DNA of 64,000 nucleotides from Elusimicrobia bacterium GWB2_63_22 (GCA_001799735.1 MGUA01000006.1:13733-77732); one strand, 5' to 3'; shown: positions 1 to 9,754, counted from the stretch's first letter. Numbers and translations are program-made. The notes: generated from the sequence alone by a model not told the origin.

Positions 1-1946
1 TGTATATCACCTCAGCCACGGCGTTCTCGCTTGCCAGCCTGGACGACCTGGTATCGCCCGGGGATGCCATCGGCCTGGGTGTAAAGTCTCAGTCTGTGCG
101 CCTTAACTCTTCCGGGGTGATGCTTAAGGAACTCTCCTTTGTAAACCCGGCGCCCCGGCAGGCAACGGCGTTTGCCTCCGCTTTCAGCCTTGGCGCCCTG
201 CTGGACCTGCCCGACGGGACGTACGACATTTCCTATGGCGCTGAAGATATACTGGCTAACGTCGAAACCTCGCTGGAGCGCCGCTACCTGCTGGATAACA
301 CCAGGCCCGTAACGCAGTACAGCGTAGCCGGCGTGTCTTATCTGGCCGATGGGAAGTTGTATGTAAATTCTTCGGCCTCCCTAGGCCTTGCCGGGGTGGA
401 CGTCAGTTCCGGCGGCGTGGCCAGCGGGCTTATGGCCACCAAGTTCCGGCTCGACGGCGGGGCGTGGAGCGTTTATGCCTCCACTTTCACCCTCGCCGCC
501 CCCGGCGCCCATACCCTGGAGTACCACAGCGTCGATAATGTGCAGAATACCGAAGTGCTGCGCCTGTTAAACATTGTGGTGGATAACACCGCTCCTATGG
601 CGTCGGCAACTATCGGCGAGCCGCAGTTCGACGTGTTCGGCCTGAGAATAATAACGCCGGACACCCCGGTTACCCTTGCCGCGGCCGATCCGGGAGCAAC
701 CGGTCTTACTTCGGGTGTTAAGGCTATATACTACGAACTGATATACGCCGCTGGCGGCTCGGCCGGCGTGCGCGGTTATACCGAGCCGTTTAAAATAGGC
801 GCTCAGGGGACTTACCTGTTGCGCTACTGGGCGCAGGATAATGCAGGTAATGTAAGCGCGCCCCTGGAACAGCGGCTGATGGTCAGCAGCCTGCAGAGCG
901 ACGCGCTGGACGCGGTTGCCGGGCTGGAGATGACCGGCAACGCGGACATAGCAGGAACGGTAAAATCCAATACCATTGTATCGCTGGGCGGCAGCGCCAG
1001 AATACTGGGCGACGTAAGCGCCAGCACAATAACGGTGACGGGCAACGCGCAGATAACCGGCCAGCGCATTACCGGCCCGGCCTCGCTTGTGGCGGCGCCG
1101 CTGTACATGCCCGCCATCATGGAGATCGCCTCCAATACCAACAGTAACAGCCTTATCCCGGCTAAATATCTGCCGGACGGCAAGCTGGTGGTCTCAGCCA
1201 AAGCCGAACTGACCTTGTCCACGGGCATCTACTACTTCAGCGGCATAGACCTTAAGGGCGGCGCCAGTGTGATTCTTAATGGAAAGGTGGATATATTGGT
1301 AGCCGGTGATGTGTCCATAGCCGGCGGGGCCTCGTTCAATGCTGCCGGGGCGGCCTCGCGGCTGAATATCTTCCTCAGTACGGCTTCCACGTTGAGCTTT
1401 AGCGGCGGCGGGAACCTTGCCGCTTACGTTTACGCGCCGTATTCAGACCTGAAGTTGACCGGCAACGCTCTCCTGGGCGGGCATTACTTTGTGCGCAGCG
1501 CGGCCATAAGCGGCAACGGCAATCTGATACAGGCCGGCGAAAGCCTGCCTGCCGCGGCCGCCTCTACGGGCGGCGGCAAGAAAGTAAGCGCCTTGGCCTC
1601 TGGCAGTTCCTATTCCGTCCTGGCCGGCCCCGACCCAGAGTTTAAGCTTGGCGAGGTCTACGTCTACCCGAACCCGGCCAAAGGCGGCGCCGCGCCCACG
1701 CTGCATCTGGAATGCGGCATAGCCGACAAGGTGAACATAAAAATGTTCACGGTCAGCGGCCGCGAGGCGCATGAATACACTATAACCGCTTCGCCCGTGG
1801 CGCTGGACGACGGTAACGGCCTAAGCTACGCCTATGAATACACCTGGCAGGGCCATATCCCCAGCGGCGTGTACTACTACTTCATAGAGGCCGAACGGGC
1901 CGGCAAGAAGATAAAGAAGACCGGCAAGTTCGCCGTGGTCAGGTAA
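1..1946 (+). CDS. Large secreted/surface protein, 5'-partial: Ig-like (OmpL47-type) repeats, beta-helix-like region, T9SS type-A-like C-terminal domain
   Basis: Frame is open from position 3 (YITSATAFSL...), so the true start lies upstream of the window. Repeats DNT(R/A)P..YxxxDNxxN; C-terminus VYVYPNP...SGVYYYFIE...KKTGKFAVVR. Confidence 0.75.
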   Translation, partial: YITSATAFSLASLDDLVSPGDAIGLGVKSQSVRLNSSGVMLKELSFVNPAPRQATAFASAFSLGALLDLPDGTYDISYGAEDILANVETSLERRYLLDNTRPVTQYSVAGVSYLADGKLYVNSSASLGLAGVDVSSGGVASGLMATKFRLDGGAWSVYASTFTLAAPGAHTLEYHSVDNVQNTEVLRLLNIVVDNTAPMASATIGEPQFDVFGLRIITPDTPVTLAAADPGATGLTSGVKAIYYELIYAAGGSAGVRGYTEPFKIGAQGTYLLRYWAQDNAGNVSAPLEQRLMVSSLQSDALDAVAGLEMTGNADIAGTVKSNTIVSLGGSARILGDVSASTITVTGNAQITGQRITGPASLVAAPLYMPAIMEIASNTNSNSLIPAKYLPDGKLVVSAKAELTLSTGIYYFSGIDLKGGASVILNGKVDILVAGDVSIAGGASFNAAGAASRLNIFLSTASTLSFSGGGNLAAYVYAPYSDLKLTGNALLGGHYFVRSAAISGNGNLIQAGESLPAAAASTGGGKKVSALASGSSYSVLAGPDPEFKLGEVYVYPNPAKGGAAPTLHLECGIADKVNIKMFTVSGREAHEYTITASPVALDDGNGLSYAYEYTWQGHIPSGVYYYFIEAERAGKKIKKTGKFAVVR

Positions 1947-1955
1947 GGGGGAAAT

Positions 1956-2927
1956 ATGAAAAACAAAAACACCCCTGATATGCTCAATCGGATGGTCTAC
2001 CTGCTTTCAAGGCCGTGGGCCTTTGGCGCGGCGCTGTTGTTCGTGCTTATTCCTTCAACAAAGATCAGCTCGGCGCTTGAAAGCGGCGCCGAGTTCCTGC
2101 GCATAGACACCGATGCGCGGGCCGGGGCCATGGCTTCGGCCGGCGCGGCCTCGGCTTCCGGCATAAGCGCAATGGCTTACAACCCGGCCGGCATAGCCAG
2201 CATGGGCCGGGGCGAGGGCACCATAAGCCACAGTGCCTGGTACCTGGGCTCGGCGCACGACTTTGTAGGCGCCGGGGTCACCCTGCCGGGGGCCGGCGGC
2301 TGGCGGGCGGGGCTTAGCTTTAACCGGCTTTCCAGCGGCTCCATGGAAGGACGCGGCGCAAACCGCACGCGCACCGGCGGCTATACCGCCTATGACCAGG
2401 CTGTGGGTTTGGGACTGGCCAGGCGCTACGGGGCTTACAGCGTGGGCGGCACGGTTAAATATATTGAAAGCTCCATAGCCGGTGTTAAAGGCAGCGGCTA
2501 TGCCGTGGACCTGGGCATGAAACGCGCCATAAGGGGAGTTCCGGCAAGCGTGGGCCTATCGGTGCAGAACCTGGGTCCTGGGATAAAGTATATCTCGCAG
2601 CGGGACAAATTGCCTTTAAGCGTCAGCGCCGGTATAATGTTCATGCCGGTAGCGGGCTTCATGCTTAACCTGGATGCCAAGCGCTATGTGTATGACAAGT
2701 ACACGGCCTACAGCCTGGGCACGGAGTATGCCCTGTTCGGCAGCCCGGAGAGTATGTCCGGGCTGGCGCTGCGCGGCGGGCTGATGGGCGGCCACGGAGA
2801 AAGTGCGGCCGGGGCGTTTACCGCCGGGGCTGGGATAAAATTGCTTAACGCGGACCTGGATTACGCCATGTCGCCGGAGGGCAAGCTGGGCAGCGTGCAG
2901 CGGATAACATTAAAAAAGAAATTCTGA
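1956..2927 (+). CDS. PorV/PorQ-family outer-membrane beta-barrel
   Basis: GAEFLRIDTDARAGAMA...YNPAGIA N-terminal signature, NLGPGIKY...LPL motif, terminal Phe. Confidence 0.75.
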   Translation: MKNKNTPDMLNRMVYLLSRPWAFGAALLFVLIPSTKISSALESGAEFLRIDTDARAGAMASAGAASASGISAMAYNPAGIASMGRGEGTISHSAWYLGSAHDFVGAGVTLPGAGGWRAGLSFNRLSSGSMEGRGANRTRTGGYTAYDQAVGLGLARRYGAYSVGGTVKYIESSIAGVKGSGYAVDLGMKRAIRGVPASVGLSVQNLGPGIKYISQRDKLPLSVSAGIMFMPVAGFMLNLDAKRYVYDKYTAYSLGTEYALFGSPESMSGLALRGGLMGGHGESAAGAFTAGAGIKLLNADLDYAMSPEGKLGSVQRITLKKKF

Positions 2928-2946
2928 ACTTCGAAGGAGCTACACC

Positions 2947-3630
2947 ATGGGACAATTTATAACGGCTTTCGGGGCGGGGCTGATGTCATTCTTCTCGCCG
3001 TGCATCCTGCCGCTGCTGCCGGCCTACCTGTCCATGCTGTCTGGCTTCTCGGCCTCCGAGATAATGAAAGGGGACGCCAAGGTGGTGACCCGCAAGGTGG
3101 TGGGCAATGCCGCCATCTTTATAGCCGGCTTCTCGCTGGCCTTCGCGCTGATGGGCGCCGCGGCCTCCGGTATCGGGGAACTGCTGGCGGAACATAAAGA
3201 CGTGCTGATGAAGGTTTTCGGGGTGACGATGGTGCTGCTGGGCGCGCACATGACCGGGCTTTTCAACCTGAACCTCCTCAACTACGAGAAACGTTTCTCC
3301 ACGCGCGGCCTGGCGCAGGGCCCGCTGGGCTCCTTCCTGATGGGCTTCGCCTTCGCGCTGGGTTGGTCGCCCTGCATAGGCCCGATCCTGGCGGTGATCC
3401 TGGGCATGGCGGCGGTGGCCGGCACGGCCTCAAAGGGCGTCGCGCTGCTGCTGGCCTACTCCGCCGGCATGGCGGTACCGCTGCTGGCGGCCGCCTTCCT
3501 GACGGCGCGCTTCTTCGCTTTCATGGCGCGCTTTAAAGGCGCCATGCGCTACGTGGAAATAGCCGCCGGCGTCATCCTGGCGGCGGCGGGCGTGCTGCTC
3601 TTCTTTGATAAGCTGATGTTTATAGCCTGA
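2947..3630 (+). CDS. ccdA: Cytochrome c biogenesis protein CcdA (DsbD TM domain)
   Basis: SFFSPCILPLLPAY and WSPCIGP motifs; SD AAGGAG upstream. Confidence 0.9.
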   Translation: MGQFITAFGAGLMSFFSPCILPLLPAYLSMLSGFSASEIMKGDAKVVTRKVVGNAAIFIAGFSLAFALMGAAASGIGELLAEHKDVLMKVFGVTMVLLGAHMTGLFNLNLLNYEKRFSTRGLAQGPLGSFLMGFAFALGWSPCIGPILAVILGMAAVAGTASKGVALLLAYSAGMAVPLLAAAFLTARFFAFMARFKGAMRYVEIAAGVILAAAGVLLFFDKLMFIA

Positions 3631-3637
3631 CGGACCG

Positions 3638-4462
3638 TCAGTCCGCGTCCCCGGCCGGCTCTACCCCGGACGGGGTAAAGCGGAAACGGTGCTTCTTTAC
3701 CGTGGTGTCCCGGTAATAATCCACTTTCTCGTCGTACACCATCTTCCCTTCCCAAAGCTCGAATTCCTCCCCGTCGGCGCTGAAGCGCCGCGGGGTCAGG
3801 TTATTGGCCGTCTTAATAACCGTATGCCAGGCCTCGGAACCGTCGTTCTCAAAGACCGCCGCCCTGAAGGCCTTGGGCCCGGCCAGGAAGACCGCGGCCA
3901 GCCGCGCCCCGTCTCCGGAAAGCTTTACGCCGGCCACCTTCTCCTTGAACTTTTTGCTCCAGCGCAGGCTCCCGGTGGCCGCGTCGAAGACGTAGATGGC
4001 CCCGCCCTTGCCCGGGTCGGCGCCGAGGGCGTAGACTGAAGAATCGGAGGAAAAATCCTCGCCTGCGGGGCCGATCATGCGGATATCGTGCCGCGCCAGC
4101 ACCTTGCCGGCGGCGGAATAGACGTTCATGTCGGTTATAGTCACCTGCTGGCTCCAGAAGCCGTTGAGCGCGAAGAGGCGCCGGCCGTCGCCGGAGATGG
4201 TGACGGAGAAGGGAGCGCGCCGCGACTCGAACAATGAAAGGCGCTTACCGGCCTTATCCATAAGTTCGAACCTGGCGGAGCCGCCGCCGCCGGTGCCGGC
4301 GTAATCTACTTTAAGGCGGTAAGCCTTGTTGGCGGAGACGAACTCCCGGCTTTCCACGCTAAACTTATCCGCCCTGGCCTCGCCCTGCGCGCCGCCTTCC
4401 TCCGCGCGGAGACTTACGGCGGACAACAGCGCTAAAACAGGTACCAGGAGCAGCTTTTTCAT
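3638..4462 (-). CDS. Secreted hypothetical protein, WD40/PQQ-like beta-propeller features
   Basis: Start reassigned to MKKLLLVPVLALLSAVSLRA (TAATG overlap with pyrE stop); SGDG repeats; FDAATGSLRW. Confidence 0.6.
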   Translation of the reverse strand: MKKLLLVPVLALLSAVSLRAEEGGAQGEARADKFSVESREFVSANKAYRLKVDYAGTGGGGSARFELMDKAGKRLSLFESRRAPFSVTISGDGRRLFALNGFWSQQVTITDMNVYSAAGKVLARHDIRMIGPAGEDFSSDSSVYALGADPGKGGAIYVFDAATGSLRWSKKFKEKVAGVKLSGDGARLAAVFLAGPKAFRAAVFENDGSEAWHTVIKTANNLTPRRFSADGEEFELWEGKMVYDEKVDYYRDTTVKKHRFRFTPSGVEPAGDAD

Positions 4463-5031
4463 TAAAATTTGCGCGATCCGGGCTTCACGGCGGGGATGCC
4501 CGCGCGGCAGAGCGGGCAGTCCGCCTCGGGCAAGGCTGTCAGTCCCAGTTTCAGCAGGCTCAACGACGGGAAAGGGAGGGTCTTGGCCCCCATGCGGTTT
4601 ATCACCGACATGGCGCCAATAACTTCGGCACCCGCGGCGGCTACAAGGGCCGCCGTCTCCAGCGTGGATTTGCCGGTGGTAAAAACGTCCTCCACTATTA
4701 TCACGCGCGCCCCCTTGGCCAGCGCAAAGCCGCGCCTCAGGCACATCACGTTATTCTCGCGCTCGCTGAAGATAAAATCCACGCCGAAGGCGCGGGCGGC
4801 TTCGTGGCCGATGATCAGGCCGCCCATCGCCGGGGAAAGGATCACGTCGGGCTTCGGCCCGGTCCAACCGGCGGCCAGCGCAGCGCCCATCCTGCCGGCC
4901 CAGGCCGGGTTCTTAAGGGCCTGCGCGCACTGCACGTAATTAGGGCTATGCAGGCCGGAGGAGAGCAGGAAATGCCCCTCGAGGAAAGCGCCCGAAGCGG
5001 CCAGGTAAGACTTGAGTTCTTCTTCGTTCAT
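4462..5031 (-). CDS. pyrE: Orotate phosphoribosyltransferase
   Basis: GHFLLSSGLHS; PRPP motif IIVEDVFTTGKS. Confidence 0.95.
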   Translation of the reverse strand: MNEEELKSYLAASGAFLEGHFLLSSGLHSPNYVQCAQALKNPAWAGRMGAALAAGWTGPKPDVILSPAMGGLIIGHEAARAFGVDFIFSERENNVMCLRRGFALAKGARVIIVEDVFTTGKSTLETAALVAAAGAEVIGAMSVINRMGAKTLPFPSLSLLKLGLTALPEADCPLCRAGIPAVKPGSRKF

Positions 5032-5705
5032 TTCAGGTCCTCCAGGATGGCCGCGGCGGCGGCGGCCGGGTCCTTGGCCTCTATGATCGGCCTGCCCACC
5101 ACTATAAAATTGGCGCCGGCGGCCCTGGCCTCGGCGGGGGTAACGGCGCGCTTCTGGTCGTCGCCGCGCGCGGCGGGCCTTATGCCGGGCGTGATCAGCG
5201 TTATCTTGCCGTCGTGCTGCTGCCGCAGCCGGCCGGCCTCCAGCGGCGAGCAGACCACGCCGTCGGCGCCGTTCTGCAGGCCCAGGGCGGCCAGCAGCTT
5301 AACGGTCTTGTCTATGCCGCCGCGGTAGCCCGACCTGAAAAGACCGTACTCGTCAAAGCTGGTCAGCACCGTTATGCCCCACAGTTTTGGCCGCTTTTCA
5401 AGCTCGGCGCAGGCCTTAAACATCTCGGCGCCGCCAGAGAGGTGCAGGGAGACGGAATACACGCCCATGGCCGCGGCGTGCCGCACAGCGCCCTTTACGG
5501 TGTTGGGGATATCGTGGTATTTAAGGTCCAGGAAAACTTTGCCGCCGTGCCGGTGCACCAGGTCCACCGCGGCTGGACCGGCGGCCGTGAACAGCACGGA
5601 GCCGATCTTGAAATACTTAACGCTGCCCTTAAGTTTTTCTATAAGGGCTTCGGCGGACTTCAGGGTGTCCGTGTCGAGCGCTGCGATGAGTTCGGTTTTT
5701 TGCAT
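5028..5705 (-). CDS. pyrF: Orotidine-5'-phosphate decarboxylase
   Basis: FLDLKYHDIPNTV, TPGIRP, DDQKR, VVGRPI. Confidence 0.95.
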   Translation of the reverse strand: MQKTELIAALDTDTLKSAEALIEKLKGSVKYFKIGSVLFTAAGPAAVDLVHRHGGKVFLDLKYHDIPNTVKGAVRHAAAMGVYSVSLHLSGGAEMFKACAELEKRPKLWGITVLTSFDEYGLFRSGYRGGIDKTVKLLAALGLQNGADGVVCSPLEAGRLRQQHDGKITLITPGIRPAARGDDQKRAVTPAEARAAGANFIVVGRPIIEAKDPAAAAAAILEDLK

Positions 5706-5737
5706 AGGCGGCGCGGGAGAGCGCCGCCTAAATTATA
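5705..5737 (-). promoter_or_regulatory. pyrF -10 box (TATAAT) followed by a 10-bp GC-rich hairpin abutting the start codon
   Basis: TATAAT at 5737-5732; stem arms 5705-5714 and 5721-5730 (TAGGCGGCGC / GCGCCGCCTA), 6-nt loop. Confidence 0.6.
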
Positions 5738-5762
5738 TCTGTTTTAGCGGTGGGGGGAAAAA

Positions 5763-6806
5763 CTATCGGTGGCCGGGATGCCAGCGGTGTTTGTGGAGGT
5801 ATTCGAGGATCTCTTTAACCAGGAAGGGGCCCTCGTAGACCAGGCCGGAATAGACCTGCACCAGGTCCGCGCCGAGTTTGAGTTTCTCCAGCGCGGAGGC
5901 GCCGTCGGAAACCCCGCCCGACCCGATCAGCGGCACGCGGCCTTTCACCAGGGCCGCGGTTTTACCCAGGATTTCGTTGGACAGCGCCCTCAGCGGGCCG
6001 CCGCTCAGGCCGCCCTCGTGGGCGCGCCAGCGCTCGTGCACGGCTTCGCGCCGCACGGTGGTGTTGGTGGCTATCAGCCCGAAGCCCATCTCCACCGCCA
6101 GGGCGGCCGCGCCCTCCAGCTCCTTATCGTCGAGGTCCGGGGCGATCTTGATAAAGAACGGCTTCTTCTGCTTCTGGCCGGAGGCGAAATCCAGCATGGG
6201 CTCCACCAGCCGCCGCAGCTTGTCGCCGCCGTGCAGCGAGCGCAGCTGCAGGGTATTGGGCGAGCTTATATTGACCGCGAAATAATCGCCGAAAGGGTAC
6301 ATCACCTTCAGGGTTTCCAGGTAGTTCTTCGGCGCGTCCTCGAGCGAGCAGTCGGCGTTCTTGCCGACGCTGATGCCCACCGGCACCGGCAGGGGTAAAA
6401 GTTTCTCCAGGCTGCGCGCGGCCTCCCAGGCCCCGGCGTTATTGAACCCCATGCGGTTGATGATGGCCTTGTTCTCCCGCACGCGGAACAGGCGCGGCTT
6501 GGGATTGCCGGGCTGCGGCCGCAGGGTAACCGTGCCGAGCTCGAGGAAACCGAAGCCGAGGCCGGCCAGGAAGCGCGCGGCCTCGCAGTTCTTGTCGAAG
6601 CCGGCCGCCAGGCCCACCGGGTTGCGGAATTTTATGCCGGCCACGGTGACGGGGATGTCCTTGGCGCGCGTCAGGAACTTCACCACGGCGGTGACCGGTC
6701 CTATATGCTGGGCCGTGCGGGCGGTCTTTATGACCGCGTCATGGATCATTTCAGGGTTGAAATTAAAGAGGAGCTGCCTGATAAGCCTGCGGTATAAGAA
6801 TCCCAT
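5763..6806 (-). CDS. pyrD: Quinone-dependent dihydroorotate dehydrogenase (class 2)
   Basis: NPVGLAAGFDKN, INRMGFNN, NISSPNT, KIAPDL, GGLSG. Confidence 0.95.
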   Translation of the reverse strand: MGFLYRRLIRQLLFNFNPEMIHDAVIKTARTAQHIGPVTAVVKFLTRAKDIPVTVAGIKFRNPVGLAAGFDKNCEAARFLAGLGFGFLELGTVTLRPQPGNPKPRLFRVRENKAIINRMGFNNAGAWEAARSLEKLLPLPVPVGISVGKNADCSLEDAPKNYLETLKVMYPFGDYFAVNISSPNTLQLRSLHGGDKLRRLVEPMLDFASGQKQKKPFFIKIAPDLDDKELEGAAALAVEMGFGLIATNTTVRREAVHERWRAHEGGLSGGPLRALSNEILGKTAALVKGRVPLIGSGGVSDGASALEKLKLGADLVQVYSGLVYEGPFLVKEILEYLHKHRWHPGHR

Positions 6807-6842
6807 AGTTGTTAGACAATTCTACCAAATGCCCGGCGCGGT

Positions 6843-8114
6843 TCAGCGGGAAGAGTGCGTTATTTTACCGGCGGCTACCGTGGCGGCGGGCCAGCCGCGC
6901 AGCAGCCTGCCTTTGAAAGGGGAGTTGGAGGACTTGGAGAGGAAACTTTCCGGCACGCGCCGCGCCGTGCGCGGGTCTATCAGCGTCAGGTCAGCCGCGC
7001 AACCCGGGCGCAGGGACCCCTTGTTCTTAAGCCCGAGCAGCCTGGCCGGGTTCGCGCTCAGCAGCTGTGCCAGGCGCCGCCGGGAAACCACCCCCTTAAG
7101 CACCAGCTCGGTAATGCACAGCGGGGCCAGGGTCTCCAGGCCGATGATCCCGAACGGTGACTTCAGGAAACCGCCGGCTTTAAGGGCCGGAGAGTGCGGG
7201 GCGTGGTCGGTGGCTATAACGTCTATGGTGCCGTCGGCCAGGCCGGCCAGCACAGCCGCCCTGTCCGCGGAGGAACGCAGCGGGGGCTTCATCTTGAAAT
7301 CGGCGTCGTTCCGTTTAATATCCGACTCGCAAAGCGTGAAATAGTGCGGGCAGGTCTCGCCGGTAACCGGCCAGCCGGCCTGTTTGGCCAGGCGCAGGGC
7401 GGCCACGGAGGCGGCCAGGCTTAAATGCTGCAGGTGGATGGGGCCGGCGCCGGCCGAGGCCAGTATATCGCGCAGCACGGCCAGCGCTTCGGCCTCGGGC
7501 GGAATGCCCGGCAGGCGAAGGCGGCGCGCGGCAGGCCCGGCGTTAATAACGCCGCTCCCGGTGCGGCTGAAATCTTCGGGGTGGTCCATCAGCGGCAGGC
7601 CCAGCGACGCCGCCCGGCGTATCAGCTCCGGCAGCAGGGCGCCGGGCAGGCAGCCGCCGTCGTCGGTGAAAGCCCTGGCCCCGGCCTTCTTCAGCGCTCC
7701 CAGGCCGGCGGCGGCGGTGCCGGCACGCCCGGCGGTAGCCGCGGCGGAAAAATAAACATTAATTGGCAGGCCGGCGGCCGCGGCGGCGTACCTGCGCAGC
7801 AGGGCCGGCGTGGCCATGGGCGGCGCGGTGTTGGGCATCAGCAGCATGGAGGTGACGCCCCCGGCCGCAGCGGCCGCGGCGGCGCTGGCTATGGTTTCGG
7901 AAGTCTCGCCGCCCGGCTCGCGGGCGTGCACGTGGATGTCTATAAAACCGGGGAAGACCCACAGGCCGGCGGCGTCGTACACAACGCAGCCGGCAGGGGC
8001 TTTTATGGAGGCCGCGGCGCGCGCTATCCTGCCCCCGCTCAGCAGCAGGTCAAGCCTGGCCTCCCCGGAGTCGGGGTCTACCAGCAGGCCGTTCTTTATC
8101 AGCAGTTGCGCCAT
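6843..8114 (-). CDS. pyrC: Dihydroorotase (long, class I)
   Basis: DIHVHAREPG, MPNT, ETCPHY, KPPLR, ATDHAPH, SSNSPF. Confidence 0.92.
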   Translation of the reverse strand: MAQLLIKNGLLVDPDSGEARLDLLLSGGRIARAAASIKAPAGCVVYDAAGLWVFPGFIDIHVHAREPGGETSETIASAAAAAAAGGVTSMLLMPNTAPPMATPALLRRYAAAAAGLPINVYFSAAATAGRAGTAAAGLGALKKAGARAFTDDGGCLPGALLPELIRRAASLGLPLMDHPEDFSRTGSGVINAGPAARRLRLPGIPPEAEALAVLRDILASAGAGPIHLQHLSLAASVAALRLAKQAGWPVTGETCPHYFTLCESDIKRNDADFKMKPPLRSSADRAAVLAGLADGTIDVIATDHAPHSPALKAGGFLKSPFGIIGLETLAPLCITELVLKGVVSRRRLAQLLSANPARLLGLKNKGSLRPGCAADLTLIDPRTARRVPESFLSKSSNSPFKGRLLRGWPAATVAAGKITHSSR

Positions 8115-8120
8115 TTAAAA

Positions 8121-8768
8121 CTATTTGGTTATGGGCCCGGGCAGGTCGGGCGCGGTCTGGAAGGTCACCATGCGCAGGCCGAAGGCGGCCGGGGTTTCCC
8201 GGTAGGACATCAGTTGCACCGCCGTCACCAGCAGCAGCACGCCCCAGGCCGCGTGCAGCAGGCGGCGGCCGGAAAAAACATGCGCCGCCTTGACGGCCAC
8301 GGCGAGCAGCAGCGTCGCCCCCATGGCGGAATGCCAGGCGAAGACCTGGTGCCAGGCCTCCTCGTTCACGCGCCAGGCCAGAAGGAAATAAAGCACGCCG
8401 GCGCCGGCCAGGAAGAAGAGGAACGCGGCCTGCCAGCCGCCGCCGGCCTTCTTTATGACGGCCTGCGTGAGCCGGCTCATGCCAGCCGCCCCGAAAAGGC
8501 AGGCGAAAGCTATGAAAAGGTAAAAGCCGCGGCGGATGTCCAGCGCCGCGCGCAGCTGGTCCATGTTCCAGTTACCCGCAACGCCCAGCATGATCAGCGG
8601 GATCGCCAGCGCGGCCGCCAGCAGCGCCAGCGGGCCGGCCAGCACGGCCCGGCTGCCGGGATTGTCGTGGGAGTAAGCCTCGGCCGCCCCCAGCACAAAG
8701 AGCGCGGCGCCCTGGGCCAGGTGTATGGCCGTGGAGGCCCTGGAGAAGCTGTCGTAATCTATGGTCAT
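8121..8768 (-). CDS. Integral membrane hypothetical protein (about 6 TM)
   Basis: Hydrophobic segments; ATGA-coupled to the upstream ORF. Confidence 0.65.
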   Translation of the reverse strand: MTIDYDSFSRASTAIHLAQGAALFVLGAAEAYSHDNPGSRAVLAGPLALLAAALAIPLIMLGVAGNWNMDQLRAALDIRRGFYLFIAFACLFGAAGMSRLTQAVIKKAGGGWQAAFLFFLAGAGVLYFLLAWRVNEEAWHQVFAWHSAMGATLLLAVAVKAAHVFSGRRLLHAAWGVLLLVTAVQLMSYRETPAAFGLRMVTFQTAPDLPGPITK

Positions 8769-9133
8769 TTGCGTCTCCCGCGGCGGCGGCCGCCGTTAAG
8801 ATAAGCGTAAAGCCCCAGCAGGCCCGACGCCACAAGGATAAGCCAGAGCGGGCTGGAAGCAGCGCCTTTCTCAGCCGGGGCGGGCAGGGCCCCGCTGGAA
8901 ACTTCCACGGCGGCCGGGGCGGTGGAGGCGGCAGCGGGCACCAGGGCCGGGACGCGGCGGCGCGAAACTTTTTTGGGCTGCGGCGCGGGGGCAGGTTCCG
9001 CGGCGGCGGCCTGCAGGAAGGGTGAGGCGGACTTGGCCGACGCGGCGCAGGCGTCGGCGTTCTTGGCGCAGTCTTCAGCCGAGTAGGCGAAAGCGGGCAG
9101 CAGGAGCAGCAGGGTCAGGACGCGTATTTTCAT
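8765..9133 (-). CDS. Small exported protein with C-terminal TM anchor and basic tail
   Basis: Signal peptide, Cys pair, Ala/Pro linker, LWLILVASGLLGLYAYL-NGGRRRGRRK. Confidence 0.65.
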   Translation of the reverse strand: MKIRVLTLLLLLPAFAYSAEDCAKNADACAASAKSASPFLQAAAAEPAPAPQPKKVSRRRVPALVPAAASTAPAAVEVSSGALPAPAEKGAASSPLWLILVASGLLGLYAYLNGGRRRGRRK

Positions 9134-9684
9134 AGGGCGTTAAAAGAACGGAACTCCTCAGTGGATTTGCGGGGACGGGCCGCGGGGGCCTCGTCCGGGT
9201 AGCCTACGGAGATCAGTATCTCCACTTTTTTACCGCGGCCGAGCCCCAGGGCCTTGGCGGCGCCTTTGGCGCTGAACCAGCCGAGCCAGCAGGTGCCGAG
9301 CCCCTGCTCGGCGGCGGCCAGCACAAAATGTTCCGCAGCTATACCTATGTCCATCAGGCGGAAATTGGTGTCCTGCACCTGGTTGCCCAGCCAGGCGCTC
9401 AGCTTGCCGGTGTCGGCGACCACGGCCAGGATGGCCGGGGCGGCGGCGGCGAACTTACAGGCGGAATAGAGCCCGGAGAAAGCCGCGGCGCAGAATTTTT
9501 CTTTCAGCGCCGGGTCGTCCACCAGTACGAACCGGTAGGGCTGGGCGTTGCAGGCCGACGGGGCCAGGCGCGCGGCTTCGAGGCAGAGCTCAAGCTTCTC
9601 CCGTTCAACGGGCTTGTTTTTATATTTGCGCACGCTGCGGCGCGCTGCCGCCAGCTCCAGGAACGGTGATTTCTGCATAGCCAT
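9130..9684 (-). CDS. Nitroreductase family protein
   Basis: RRSVRKY, APSACNAQP, GLGTCWLG, VGYP, RK. Confidence 0.92.
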   Translation of the reverse strand: MAMQKSPFLELAAARRSVRKYKNKPVEREKLELCLEAARLAPSACNAQPYRFVLVDDPALKEKFCAAAFSGLYSACKFAAAAPAILAVVADTGKLSAWLGNQVQDTNFRLMDIGIAAEHFVLAAAEQGLGTCWLGWFSAKGAAKALGLGRGKKVEILISVGYPDEAPAARPRKSTEEFRSFNAL

Positions 9685-9754
9685 ATTTTATAATATAGAA
9701 GCGGGGGAGTTAGAGGGTTTCTAAAACCGCGGGCTGCGGGAGCCGGATACAACT

